Of a stretch of 64,000 nt of DNA, positions 1 to 12,329 are shown in pieces; position 1 is the stretch's first letter; every line of letters begins with the position of its first letter. The notes beneath the pieces are model-generated. The model searched no databases and was not told the DNA's origin. It was given only the letters and a program-made list of their open reading frames with translations. The position numbers and the translations under genes were made by a program. Source of the DNA: Lama guanicoe (lineage: Eukaryota). Location: the NCBI GenBank assembly GCA_013239625.1, contig MU054212.1:4746270-4810269 (forward strand), written 5' to 3'.

Positions 1-1689
1 ATGAGGACACTGAAAATATCTACCATGTAATCTTGCCCAGGAACTCCAGTCCTTTAATTGACATGCACAGGTATCAGTCAATTTAAGAAATATTTATAAG
101 CACATGTGCAAGTATATGCATTATCTCTATTAGTCAAATGAAAATCGGTACATCACGAATGAAACATAATGACTAATAAACACCTCATAAAAACTGTTAT
201 CATTTTAGTATATGTCATATTATTAATATAACTTACGTTAACATTGATGCCATCTTATTTCATTCTTTCATTCATCTTATTTCATTTATTTTCTCCACGT
301 TGAATCCTTTACTAGCCATAGAAAGAGAAAACTGAAAGCTGCTTAGAGGCATTCTAGTTGCTTTCATTTATAGTTGAAACAAGGGAACAGTGACATTGAC
401 TCCCCTAAGTGACAATTACATTTAGTAGCAGATTTGTCTAAAGCATACATGTCCTTATTCTTGTCCAATGTTATGATCTATATACACATAGACCCTGTTT
501 CTTGCCTTCAGCTCACAAATAGAGAATTCACGGATTCCTCTCTCTTTCCCCTTACTATAATTCCTGCTGCATTTAAAACATTTTGCCAATACTTTTGTCA
601 CTGTATAATCTGTTGTATGTATATAACATTGTATTTTTCTAGCATACTGCAAGTCTGGTGTCAATTTTAAACATTATTTCTACTAAAGAACTATTAAAAC
701 TATACAGAAAACTTTCAGAATTTCATAGTGTTTAATATTTTAAATAATAATATGTAGAGGCAGAGTTACAATAGTGCACATTAAATATTAATATAAATTG
801 TGTGAATATCCTAAACAAAATTTTGACAAGTTTAATACTTGATTTTAAAAGTAAAAAGGAGACAATTAAAAGCATAATAGTGTTAAATCAAGGAAATTTC
901 AGTTAGCAATTTAAAATGTTATTATTTTAGCAATATAAGAACCATTTCAAATTGCCACATTTGCTCTAAAAAATAAGAAATAGATTTTAAACCTAAATAC
1001 AGAAACTGTATATTATTATAAAAAACATTTTCAGGTAAGTACAATAATATGCAAATAAATATTTTAAGCGTAAAATGTTTCCTAAAACAAAATATTCCTT
1101 TTTAGAGAAAAGAATAGATCACTAATTCTTTATAAATTTTGCTTCTAACCATAACCCTTAAATTAACTCCATGAGATAATTAGAATGAAATAGGGTACAA
1201 ATGGAAGCCTTGTAGCCCCCCAGGCATATTTACTGTTATAAAATGTCTTCCAAACTCAAATTTTAAAATTTTTGTCTCAAATTAATATATTGCTCCATTT
1301 ACCAGAAAAAAATATTTACAGATTCTTTGAATCTTCAGCCTTAAAAAAAACAGATCCTATATTTTTTAAAGGAGCAGAATAGCTTGTATTTCAAAATCAT
1401 GGAAAAAGAAGTATGTGGAAGTGCATATCTCGTCAAGTGTTACTATACAATATCTTTTGCATTTATGGGCATCCGTGTGCAGTAATATATTCTAGTGCTT
1501 CATGAAGGATGGTTTATATGTTATTGTTTTATCACCGCCTTCCAAATGTTCAAGCACTAGTGTAAGAGTATTCCTATGCACAATAACTGATTAACATAAT
1601 TACTACTCACCTGGTTGGCTCTATATATTACTTTATGTAAAATACTGTTGAACAGGTAATGAATTAAGAGAATTAAAATCTAAAACTTA

Positions 1690-1985
1690 CGAAGTATATC
1701 ATTTAAAAACCTCCTTCTTCCATTCTTTATCTGCCCAGTTCTCTGCAGTACCACATTCCCCATGTAATCAACCGTCACCAGCTTCCTTTCTAAGTATCTT
1801 TCAGAAAAATACAAGGATATGAAAATACTCTCCCCCTCCAGTACTATGTTGTTATATAGACTCTTCTGTTCCTTTATTTTACACTAAGCGATACTCTTTC
1901 TAGGAGTCCATTATCACTTTTAATAGCTGTATAGAATTTCAGATTATAGATGTAACTCAATTATTCAGCTAGCTTCAATGATAAG
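1690..1985 (-). mobile_element. Old L1 (L1ME-like) 3' region fragment
   Basis: Degenerate reverse-strand L1 3'UTR motifs such as 'ttttaatagctgtatagaatttc...agatgtaactcaattattcagc'. Boundaries approximate. Confidence 0.5.
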
Positions 1986-1994
1986 ATTTTGCAG

Positions 1995-2095
1995 TTTAAC
2001 TCTCCTCCGCTTGATCTGGGCCAGCCTTTGCTGGTACTTCTGTCAAACGCAGAATGCAGTGGAAATGACTCTGTGAGACTTCTAGGTGAAATTTA
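1995..2095 (+). mobile_element. MaLR LTR (MLT1-type) fragment
   Basis: 'ttgatctgggccagcc...agaatgcagtggaaatgactctgtgagacttctagg' resembles the MLT1 LTR core. Confidence 0.5.
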
Positions 2096-3639
2096 AAGAA
2101 GAAATACATTTTTCTCCTCTTTCTTCCCTCTCCATCTCTCTTCCTCCCTCTCTTCCTTTTGCTCTTGCTTTTCATTTATCTTTGGATTCCCATAATCATA
2201 TTTAGAAATAAAAATAAGTAGAACACATTGAGGGAAAAAAATCATTTCACAGATTCAATATCTAGGGTAAGAAGAATTTCTTCTTGAGCAATTTGCTTCA
2301 AAACTTTCAGGGTGCTTCTCTTGTCCTTTTTTTTTTTTTTTTAATATATGCTTTATTCTTTTTGAAAAGTTCCACTGGGTTATGGTAAAAGTGGCAAACT
2401 ACAGAATTATTGCCAGAATTCATTCAGGAAAAAAAAAGCATTTTATTTAAAGGAAAGAGAAGTATTATTTCTGATTTATACGTAAAGACCCTGAAAATGG
2501 AGATTAAACAGATACGAGAAACAGAAGAGAGAGTGGTCAAAAACAGGACTTATTCCTGTAAAAAAAAATATGGAGTTTTGCTGAGGGATGAGTCCTCTGA
2601 CTCAGTGAATAAAGTCTATGAACCAATAAGCTTGCAGAAAAGAGACAATGGAAAGTCCCATTTAATTAACACAAATGAAAATGCTAGCTTTGAAACCATT
2701 TGCACTTGAAGAACCCTCAGAATTTCTTGAATACACTCTCATTATTGTGAAAATGATAATTAAGTACTCCTTCCAGTGAGAACTTAATATAGTGTAGTCT
2801 TCCTTGGCAAAATATTTTATGTTTAAAAGAAACAAAAGTGTATTTTTCTTAACAAATGTTATTAAACAGTTAAAAAGATTAGGGAAACAAAAGTCAAAAA
2901 CTACAGGCGACTTCATTTTGACAGATGACTGCTTGTCTTCTTTGGGAACTGAAATGCTCTTTCAGTGGCAAGTTACAATTCTCCTGCCTCCCTTGGAATC
3001 GTCACTGCTCATTTAAACTACATGCTTGATAACTTTTTCAACTTACCTGAAGGGTACTTCTGTTATGAGGCGATACACTGAGGCCAAATCAATCTTCCTA
3101 ATGGTTAGGTGATGGTGCCACCTCAGTTGGCATTACAGGGTATTTAGCATAAACATATGTGTTCTCATGAAGAGCCGTCTTTCCTGAAAACACAGTGACT
3201 CACCAGTGAAAGAAATTTTGTCTAGAAATCTGAAACTGATTTCTCCAGTGCCCTCTGTATATGCCTACTTGTAAGATTACACAAATGTCACTCTTAAAAG
3301 AAAATTATGTGTATAAATAACACATATGTTAACTTGTATGATTTTCAACAGCATATCACATAATTTATTAAGCAACAAAGAAGTCAAAATTGGCCTTGGG
3401 TGTTTTCTCTCTCATGAGAGAGTTCAAACAACATATAAATATCATTTAACTGATGTGAATATGACTTTCTTCAAGAGATAATATAGTTTACACTTCGTAT
3501 TTTTCTATTTTCAATTTCCCCTGTTGCTAAATGTTTATGGTCAGAATTGGTGTCCATGCTACTCGAAGGACTGTTGCTCTGGTGAAAAGATGGAAATAAT
3601 CACTTAGCAGTCCTCAAGCCTGACAGATGAGATATTTTG

Positions 3640-4260
3640 AAAGACACCGGTTCAACAAAACAGCATGATATGCAGAGAAGTGTAGATGTTCAATCAACAT
3701 TTGAAAGCATATTTAATCTCAGTAATTATCAAAGAACGACAAATTCTTAAAAATTAAAGAATATAATTTACCTATGTAATTGTCAGAGAGTAAGTGAAAT
3801 AGATACATATACTCTAGTGGTAGAAACAGAATTATAGTACAATTCTTACGAATACAGGCTTCAGTATATAATTATTACAGATGGTCATATATTTTGGTGC
3901 AGTACGATGCTCCCTACTATAATGAACCAAGAAGACAACTGGTTATAATATTTAAAAAACCTGGATGGACTAAATGCACACCAATCAAAGAATTGTTTAA
4001 TAAATTATAAATATCAATAAAATTAAACATTTTGAAGGTATTAAGAATCTCCTTTAAAGGCCAAGTAATGAATGACAAGGAAATGCTTACGACATTCTGT
4101 TAAATGAGAAAAGTGTTATACAGAACTCTCCCTCTCTCAGAGTGTGTTTGCATGCATACATATTACATATGAACTAGGAGAGTATATTTCAAATTATTAA
4201 CACTGGTTACCTCTAGAAGTCATAGGAACAGTGATTATATTTTATTTTCGTTAAGTGTAA
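3640..4260 (+). mobile_element. Old L1 (L1ME-like) ORF2 end and 3'UTR fragments
   Basis: Degenerate motifs 'aatctcagtaattatcaaagaa', 'ctgttaaatgagaaaag', 'ttaacactggttacctct'. Confidence 0.5.
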
Positions 4261-4623
4261 GATTTTGTTTTCATAAATTTGTCCCCAGACAAACATCAGA
4301 CCCTCACTGATGTTTTAGCAGCCCTCATTCTAGCCTTCTCCAACCGTGTCTCAACCTAGAAAGCAGAGTCCACAGGGCTCATGTTTCATTTCAGAGATAT
4401 ACACTGAGCTTGTACACGCAGGCTGTGGGCAAGGTCCCTGTGGTGTATCAGCCTAGTAAAGCGGAAAGGAAAAGGGATCGATGGATGGTTAGGAATGAGA
4501 AGCAGCTTTCCCATGTCACCGTATTTTGATTAAGGATCTCTGAGAAGCCCCACATTCTAATTTTTGACTTGTTTCCAGGTTGTTATGAAAGTATAATTGT
4601 GAACATAAGGTGATAGAGTATAT

Positions 4624-5246
4624 TGTGGGAGCCCATGATTGGGTTAACAAATTGTAACAGATCCCAGCCGCTTATCTCCTTAAAGAAGATGTGCTTAGTA
4701 ACTGCCTGGAGGTTTTAGCAATGACCCAGGCCCCAGGCTATAAACGCTGGCTATAAACACTGGGCGTGCCTGCTGTTAGTCTTCTATCCCAAAACAGCCT
4801 TGGGCTGGAATGGTAAAAAGCTGCAGACTCAGAGGTGAGAAGGCTGGTTAGCCAATGACGACAGGTAAGATCCCCTGAGGGGCCAACCTAAGACAGGCAC
4901 AGCCACCTGAGTCCAAGTTGTTAAGCAGCTGATTCTCCTACGATCCGCCCTGATAAGCTGAAAGGCTCAACAGGAACATGATTCACCAAAAAGGGTCTTC
5001 TGACCTTGAGCCAAACACCAACAATAAACAAAGGCTTTGTATTCATTGTGATCCCACCCTGTCCTTCCATAAATTCCTGCATTCCTCCTTTAACTGTATT
5101 CAATAAATATGGGAGATTTGAGAGGTTCGTGGAGTTGGCTCCCGACTCCCTCTCGCTCTCTTGACTTTTTCCAGAGTCTTGAGTAATTCATTCCATCTCG
5201 GTGGGACTTCTGCTGGCCAGAACCCACAACTGGTGACGTACCCACA
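4624..5246 (+). mobile_element. Endogenous retrovirus LTR without internal genes, probably ERV2/betaretrovirus-like
   Basis: Inverted termini TGTGGG...CCCACA. Identical 6-bp flanks GTATAT at 4618-4623 and 5247-5252. CCAAT/TGACG at ~4852-4860 and AATAAA at 5102-5107. GC content higher than the flanks. A 6-bp TSD is typical of class II ERVs. Confidence 0.9.
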
Positions 5247-6239
5247 GTATATTATATTTAAATATTTTAAATATTTACACATATTGGCTTTTCATTGACA
5301 TAAGAGGTAGAAAGATAATATGTTAAATACATTAAACTCATAAACTCTAATTTTAAGGCAATTTAAAATACTCAAGGAGTAGATTACCCTGGGAAAGGAA
5401 AGAGTGAATATTCAACCCTTAAAGTCTAGAAAAGCTTGAAATCCAGGCTTTGTGTAGAGGGAGGTTTCCTAAATTATTCCCGATTCCAAATAACACAGCA
5501 AGAGCTAAACCTGGAACACTCAGATCATAGAATTCCTCTTTGTGCCATTAAGGATCAAGTCTGAAGACTAAGGTCAACCAAAAAGGAAGTGCTTCAAGAG
5601 CAAGTGGCATTCTTTAAGATTCTGAGACATTACGGGTGAGGAAAAGAACGAAAAGGGAGCGAGGAGAGTGGCTGGCATTGTGGTAAAAGAGTGAGGGCAC
5701 TACTTTTTCCAGAGTCTTGAGTAATTCATTCCATCTCGGTGGGACTTCTGCTGGCCAGAACCCACAACTGGTGACGTACCCACAGTATATTATATTTAAA
5801 TATTTTAAATATTTACACATATTGGCTTTTCATTGACATAAGAGGTAGAAAGATAATATGTTAAATACATTAAACTCATAAACTCTAATTTTAAGGCAAT
5901 TTAAAATACTCAAGGAGTAGATTACCCTGGGAAAGGAAAGAGTGAATATTCAACCCTTAAAGTCTAGAAAAGCTTGAAATCCAGGCTTTGTGTAGAGGGA
6001 GGTTTCCTAAATTATTCCCGATTCCAAATAACACAGCAAGAGCTAAACCTGGAACACTCAGATCATAGAATTCCTCTTTGTGCCATTAAGGATCAAGTCT
6101 GAAGACTAAGGTCAACCAAAAAGGAAGTGCTTCAAGAGCAAGTGGCATTCTTTAAGATTCTGAGACATTACGGGTGAGGAAAAGAACGAAAAGGGAGCGA
6201 GGAGAGTGGCTGGCATTGTGGTAAAAGAGTGAGGGCACT
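5164..6239. repeat. Head-to-tail tandem duplication, 2 x 538 bp (5164-5701 and 5702-6239)
   Basis: Both copies start ACTTTTTCCAGAGTCTTGAG and end GAGTGAGGGCACT. No mismatches seen by eye. Explains the identical N-termini of ORFs 5100..5282 and 5614..5820. Confidence 0.97.
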
Positions 6240-7043
6240 GTTGAGGAGAAGGCAGGGGCTCTGCCCTTGTCCCTGTTCTCCCTTCAGACCACCGCTACGA
6301 AAACAACCAAGAGCACAGCGGTACAAGGTGAACCTTGAGACTGAGCTTTTACGGGTAGTGTTGCTTCTCACAAGGCCTGGATAGCTTCAGGACTTCCAGG
6401 AAACCTCCTCCCCTATTTAGAAATGATCAGAAAGTAGCTGACCTGGGAAATGGCAGACTGACTGTGGCACGCAGGAGGTGCTCGACAGAGATGGAAGATG
6501 TGGCAGAGACTCCACATGGGCTGTAGGTGGCTTCAGTACAAGCAAAGGAGCAACAACATCCAGGCAACGTGGCTGGTTTCCCTGCATTATAGTAACAAAT
6601 GACACTGAAGAACTCTGCTCACCCCACCGCATCCAAGTCATACCTCACCACTCATATCATCTACCTGGACACCATTTTAGAGAGGAGCTGGGCAAACAGG
6701 ATATTGGAAATGAGAAATAGTAAGCAATTATCACAAAGAATTCAGCACTAAACAAAAGACATGATTGAAATATTGGATTGGATCATGTTTTAAAAGATTG
6801 AGATTTGACATCCATATTTTAATTTTAACTATCTTGGTATAGACAGTGTTATAGTATATTCAGTCCGCTGCTTGGTTTAAGTTCATCTGGGATGAACTCC
6901 ACAAACTGAGTTCTCTTTTGATTACAATTACTACAAGGACGGTTGCTCCAAGTTCTACCTCTTCTCTGTTTTAATCTCTTATTAAACCTAGGGTTTTGCT
7001 AATGAGCATTATAAATGGAGAAATGGATTTTCCTCTATGATGT

Positions 7044-7221
7044 CAGGATTGACTACATGATTTCTGGGGACCAGAGCAAAATGGAAAAACAGGGGCTGTT
7101 GTTCAAAAATTAAGAACGTCTAGACAGTTGACTGTCAGAACGTTAACACCAACAACGGGGCCTTTTTGAACATGGGGCCCCTCATGCCCCCATAAGTCAT
7201 ACATCAGTGAAGCCAGCCTTG
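7044..7221 (-). mobile_element. MER45A-like hAT-Tip100 non-autonomous DNA transposon
   Basis: Colinear with the MER45A reverse complement ('caggattgactacatgatt...ttgttcaaaaattaagaa...gaagccagccttg'). Degraded 8-bp TSD TATGATGT / AATGAGGT. Confidence 0.85.
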
Positions 7222-7324
7222 AATGAGGTTATAAATAAAATTAAAGATTGTTAAAGTGAATTCCAATTTGAATAAATAAGTGGAGTAGATGGAATAAAAT
7301 TTTCTTTCCAAAGCAATCCAAACA

Positions 7325-8005
7325 GTGTGTTGATACTCTACCCTCCAGCAGGAGGAATCTATCTTCTCATCCCTACCACCTTTGAGCTGGACTTAGGGCC
7401 TTACTTTGAAGGACAACAGTATGGAAAAGGAAAACAGTAACTTTACTGAGAGAAACCTGAGAGAAGCTACCATAACCAACAATTAAGGTAGATGCCATCC
7501 ACAGTAAGACGTGGATGTCATGTGCTCCTGACATGAGGAGCACTGGATGACAAGGAAGTTTCACCTCCGGTATTTTTTTCCAAAACCTATAATAATCCAC
7601 GGCTAATCATGAGATATGCACCAGACATACTTAAAGTTAGGCACATTCATGTGACCAGTACTGTTCAAAACTGTCTAGATCATTTAAAAAAAAAAAGAAA
7701 AAAGAAAAGACTGAGAAACTATCGAGAACTGTGATAAACCAAAAGAGACCAAGGGGATATAACTAAATGCAATGTGGGATCCCGGCAAAGGAAAAATACA
7801 CTAATAGAAAAATTGGTGTAATTGAAATAAAGTCTGGAGTTCAGTTAATACTAACGCACAAAACTTGGTTACTTAGTTGTGACAAATGTACCAGGGTAAT
7901 GTATGATGCTAACATTATAAAGAATGGATGATAGGAGTATGAGAACTCTGTATTATCTTTGAAACTCTTTTGCAAATATGAAATTATTCAAATATTAAAA
8001 AAAAC
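7325..8005 (+). mobile_element. L1MC-family 3'UTR fragment
   Basis: 'agtatggaaaaggaaaacagtaactttac', 'aactaaatgcaatgtgggatcc', 'tgaaataaagtctggagttcagttaata', 'gagaactctgtattatcttt', with an A-rich end. Confidence 0.85.
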
Positions 8006-8028
8006 TTATTCAATACAAACGTTTTATA

Positions 8029-8073
8029 AATTAGTTATTTGTAAATTAATTATTTGTAAATCAATTATTTGCA
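8029..8073. repeat. Short tandem repeat, 3 x 15 bp (AATTARTTATTTGTA-like)
   Basis: aattagttatttgta / aattaattatttgta / aatcaattatttgca. Confidence 0.7.
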
Positions 8074-9606
8074 ATGTATGGATTGGCTTAGAATAGTGAC
8101 GAGACAGCTCTTCACCCTAGCATGATCAAGGTATAAAACACAGATATAAAATCCTAAAGGGCTCTGTAGAATGTACACTTATGAATAACATTCTAATGGT
8201 GTAATCACTAAATAGAAGTCATGCTTCTCCATCATTTGCCACCTGAGGTTTAGAGAATTCTTGGTATCCTGATTGATGGTTGCTGAATCCTACTGCTAGA
8301 ATATTATCACATTTGCCTCAGTGATGCTTTAAGCACTGATGTTTTCAGAGCAAAGTTCCTTCACAAAGAGGGTGTTTTGCTAAATCAATGTCATTTATTA
8401 ACTTGAATTCTCTTAGACTTATCTGCTTAAAATCACATGAAAATCTATTACTAGAAATTATTTTGAAAAATCTACCGGTTGACAATTAGATTTTGATTTA
8501 CCCTTTTAAAGGAGTCTTAAAACAACCAACATGCAAAACATATTTTATCCAGTCATTTAGAGTCATTTATTTTTATAGTTTCTGAAAAATATATAAAATT
8601 TCTTTACTAAGACAATAACTGTTAATTATAGGTGCCATTTTTTTAAGTAAAGACATTTTTGACTGAATAGTCTAAGAAACAGTTGGGAAAAATGGAACAC
8701 ACTGTTCATTTCAATACATCTTTGTCAATACAGTATTTTTAATAAAATTTCATTGACTTTAATATGTTGAATCAACAGCATGGAAATTCACACTTAGTTC
8801 GTTCAATTTATGGAAAGTGTTTTCTATACAAATTGATTAGCAAAGCCTTCCCAATGTCAAATCAATTAGTATCATCAGACGTACTTTTTCTCTGAAATAA
8901 TATAACTTCATTTTCTTCACTTTAGGCAAACACACATTTAGTGGCATACTATGGAAAACATTTAGGAAGAAATGATTAAACCTTTAGGAAATATTGGCAT
9001 CAAAATGATGAAGATATACCTTATATATTCATTTATTTTAAGTTATAAAAATAAGATAATCAACAGTCTTTTTCATCTAATGAATAATGACCTAAAGCTT
9101 CACTAAAATTATGTTCTCTCTGAACTAAAGTATGAAAATAAGTGGCATTATTAGTTACAAAATGTACAAATATATTATATTCCTTTGGGAGGAATATTAA
9201 GTGCTAATCACTTGTAAAAAGACAGAAATAACTCCACTAAATTCTCTTTATGTCATCATCAAATTTTCTCAATATAGTCAATGAAAGATAAAAAATTCCA
9301 CGCCACTAAAATGAATCGGTCCAGTGCGTAGCATGTAATTCTATTTTCAGTTAACAGTGGATGGAAAATGTTTAACATTGGTAAGATGAAAGAAGATGAG
9401 GATTAACTGTAATTAGAATACATATTTTATGAAATGGTTTGATCAAATATATTTTAACTACTTTATTAAATAATGCACAGAGATTCTGTAAGAAAGCATA
9501 TGAACTGTTATCTCTGGGTTTTATCCACTGCAAAATAGAAGGGGAAAAAAAGAGTGATTCTTGAAACTCTTCTAGTGACAAACATTGGCATCAGTAAAGT
9601 TTTCTT

Positions 9607-9668
9607 CTTTCTATTTTTTTTTTCAATTGAGTTACAGTCAGTTTACAATGTGTTGATTTCTGGTGTGT
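9607..9668 (-). mobile_element. Extremely 5'-truncated younger L1 3' end (artiodactyl/camelid type)
   Basis: T-tract followed by 'aattgagttacagtcagtttacaatgtgttgatttctggtgt'. Flanked by AGTTTTCTT at 9598-9606 and 9669-9677. Confidence 0.75.
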
Positions 9669-12329
9669 AGTTTTCTTTAATTATGAGACAAAAGATAAGA
9701 ATAACTGAAAAAAATATTGCTTACACTGGAATGTGTGCAAAGAGCCATGGTTTAATATTCACTGTTTCTTCACAATGTTCTCTTTGCTTTGTTCTCAGAA
9801 GACTCTCCCAGATAACAATTAATTCTTTGACAATTATGGGACATGGAAGAGGTGCATTTAGCTGAAAACTGCCATTACTCTCGCCACCAGCACCCTATGT
9901 AAGATTTTCAATGATTCTCACAAAGGTCCTAATCTCCCATTCATGAGGCCAATGCCTCACTTTTAACAGAAATGCATGTAAGACAGTGAAATATAGGAAC
10001 GATATTTTTTAAAACCTCAATTAATTTTAAATAAAAAACCCCATACTTCAAAATTTCCATTTCTTTTCTGCTATAGAGTTTTTACTCCCCAAAACAATGA
10101 ACCACATATTTTTAAGTGCACATCTATATGCAATTCTACATACAGTAGCCCAAATATAATAGGAAGGAAACAGATTTAATAACATAATCTATCTTCACTC
10201 AGTCACTCCACACTTGCCTCTCTTAACCAACTCCTCCCAGTGATTCTCACTTACAAGATTCTTCCTTAGCTTTCCACAGTAAAGTAACAAAAGTAGCCAA
10301 GAGGAAGTCAGCTATAGTCACCTAGCTTTATTTAAGATTATATAGTGGTCGGATCAGCTTGTGTTTTCTGATTTACTGGTTTTTGATTTAGTGTCTGACC
10401 TCTAGACTATACTGTCTGACTCTTAAACAGCATTTTGAAACAAAAAAAGTGTTTATTACTATTAGACTAAATATCCTACCTTCAGGTCCATTTACCAAAT
10501 AAGAATAATCTCTGACTATTTTAACATATTTCATTTAGCGTATGCTCTCTGACAAGGGTGATATAGCAGATGGCCATAGGAATCGTAAAGAATGCAAGAT
10601 AAAGCAGAGCTGCACTGTATTGAACTCCTGATGCTTTCCATACATTTTCCTAAAATATCATCCGCTATATTTGAACCTCTGTAGTTTTCAGATCTTCTTG
10701 AAATTATTCTTGCATTTGTATTAAATACCTAAAAGTATTAGTCTCTATAAATTAGAAATTTAACTGTATATATTTTTGTCTCAACTAAATCATAATACTA
10801 GCAGTAATTCTTTTCTATTAAATGGCTATTTATCTAAACCTTTCTTGTCTGTCCCTAGCTGATTTGCCTACAAAGCAGCCTTAGAATTTTTGTTTATGAT
10901 AAATTTAACAAGATATTTTTAAAAGACTAAATCATCTTCATTTAGATTTCCCATAAAGAAATATCTTCTTTCCTCTACACTGTTCTACCTGGTTTCTATC
11001 AAAAAATATTTTCCATTATTATTAATTCTACTAAGTTAGGCCATCAACTTGCCAGTGACTAGTGAATGTATGTTCAGAATCATTCATGAATTCTCATTAT
11101 ACAGAGCACCCACAGTGTCACTTCAATACACTTTGTGAAAATGGTCATTTATAATAATGACTCAGAATTAGTATTAACATGATTTTGTCTTTGATTGTTA
11201 GTGAAATCCTCAGGTGCTTGTCGTCATATGATTTTATTATCTATTTATACTAGTCATAGGGTTCTAGAAAAAAGATCTATTCTCTAGGAAAATTATAAGT
11301 ATTTTATATGACAGAAGTTTTATAGGATATTGTGATTTGACATGAACATCTACAATTAATTCTTCATCAGGAAGTTGATTTACATTTCTCAATACTTGAA
11401 AAATATTGCAAAATAATACACTAAATACATTATTTACTTAGAAGTATTTGATTAAAATAATACAATAAAAATAATTTCCCAATTATTCTTTTTGGTTTCC
11501 CTAAGTTTAGATTTTCAAAAGAAGCAAGAGAAAGGATTGTTACTTAAATTACCTTTGGTCATAAATACCAAAGCATTACCTAAATTTAACTGAAGTTTCA
11601 CTAGTCAAACTAATGGAATTATACATCATAGAATATACTAAGCAGAATATAATAAATGGTCTGAAAGTTCATATGCCTTATCTTTGGGGGAAAATATAAT
11701 CTGAGAAGAGCTCAGTTAAAGCTACCATTTTCACCTTCTAAGAATGCACAACGAGGAGGTGCCATAAGAAAATAAATTTCATGCTGCCATTTTATTATTT
11801 CATTTCTGCTTTAGGATTGAGCTGACACCATGTTAAACCTTACAGAGGACAGAGTTATCTTTAACTCCTCCTCAATTCTTATTCTCTTTTCATAAAAATG
11901 TACTTTTAGGAGGTTTAAACATTTGAAACAAGTAAGAACAGAAGTAAAACAGTTATGTCAACATTATAAGAAGAAACAGCATGCAACATATTTAGACTCT
12001 CTGTGTGTTTTAAATTTTTTTGCTTTTGTTTTTATTTTAATAAATTTGAGCAAAAAAGTTGATTAAAATTTACAGTGAAATTGGGATGAATTTAAGAAAG
12101 AATTTTTAAGATACCTAATTCATATTATAACTATTTGCAGGAAGCAGATGATCTCGTAATAACAGAGAAATCTAGACACTGGAGTCAAAAGAGTTTACCA
12201 TAATTATTTGGGATCTGGAACTTAGGTACAAGACAGTTATTCCCAGTCACCTTAAGGCTTATATATGGATGGTTATGATTGCATGACATTTTTATCCTGT
12301 AAAGATATCTGGGCAATAGGGTTAAAAGT

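Noticed and set aside
4291..4315. 9-bp stem hairpin AAACATCAG-N7-CTGATGTTT
   Set aside because: Too short to distinguish from chance, and no RNA-gene context.
5100..5820. Two ORFs with identical N-termini (MCKYLKYLNIIYCG...) as a paralogous peptide pair
   Set aside because: A direct by-product of the 538-bp duplication, read antisense across the LTR/flank junction.
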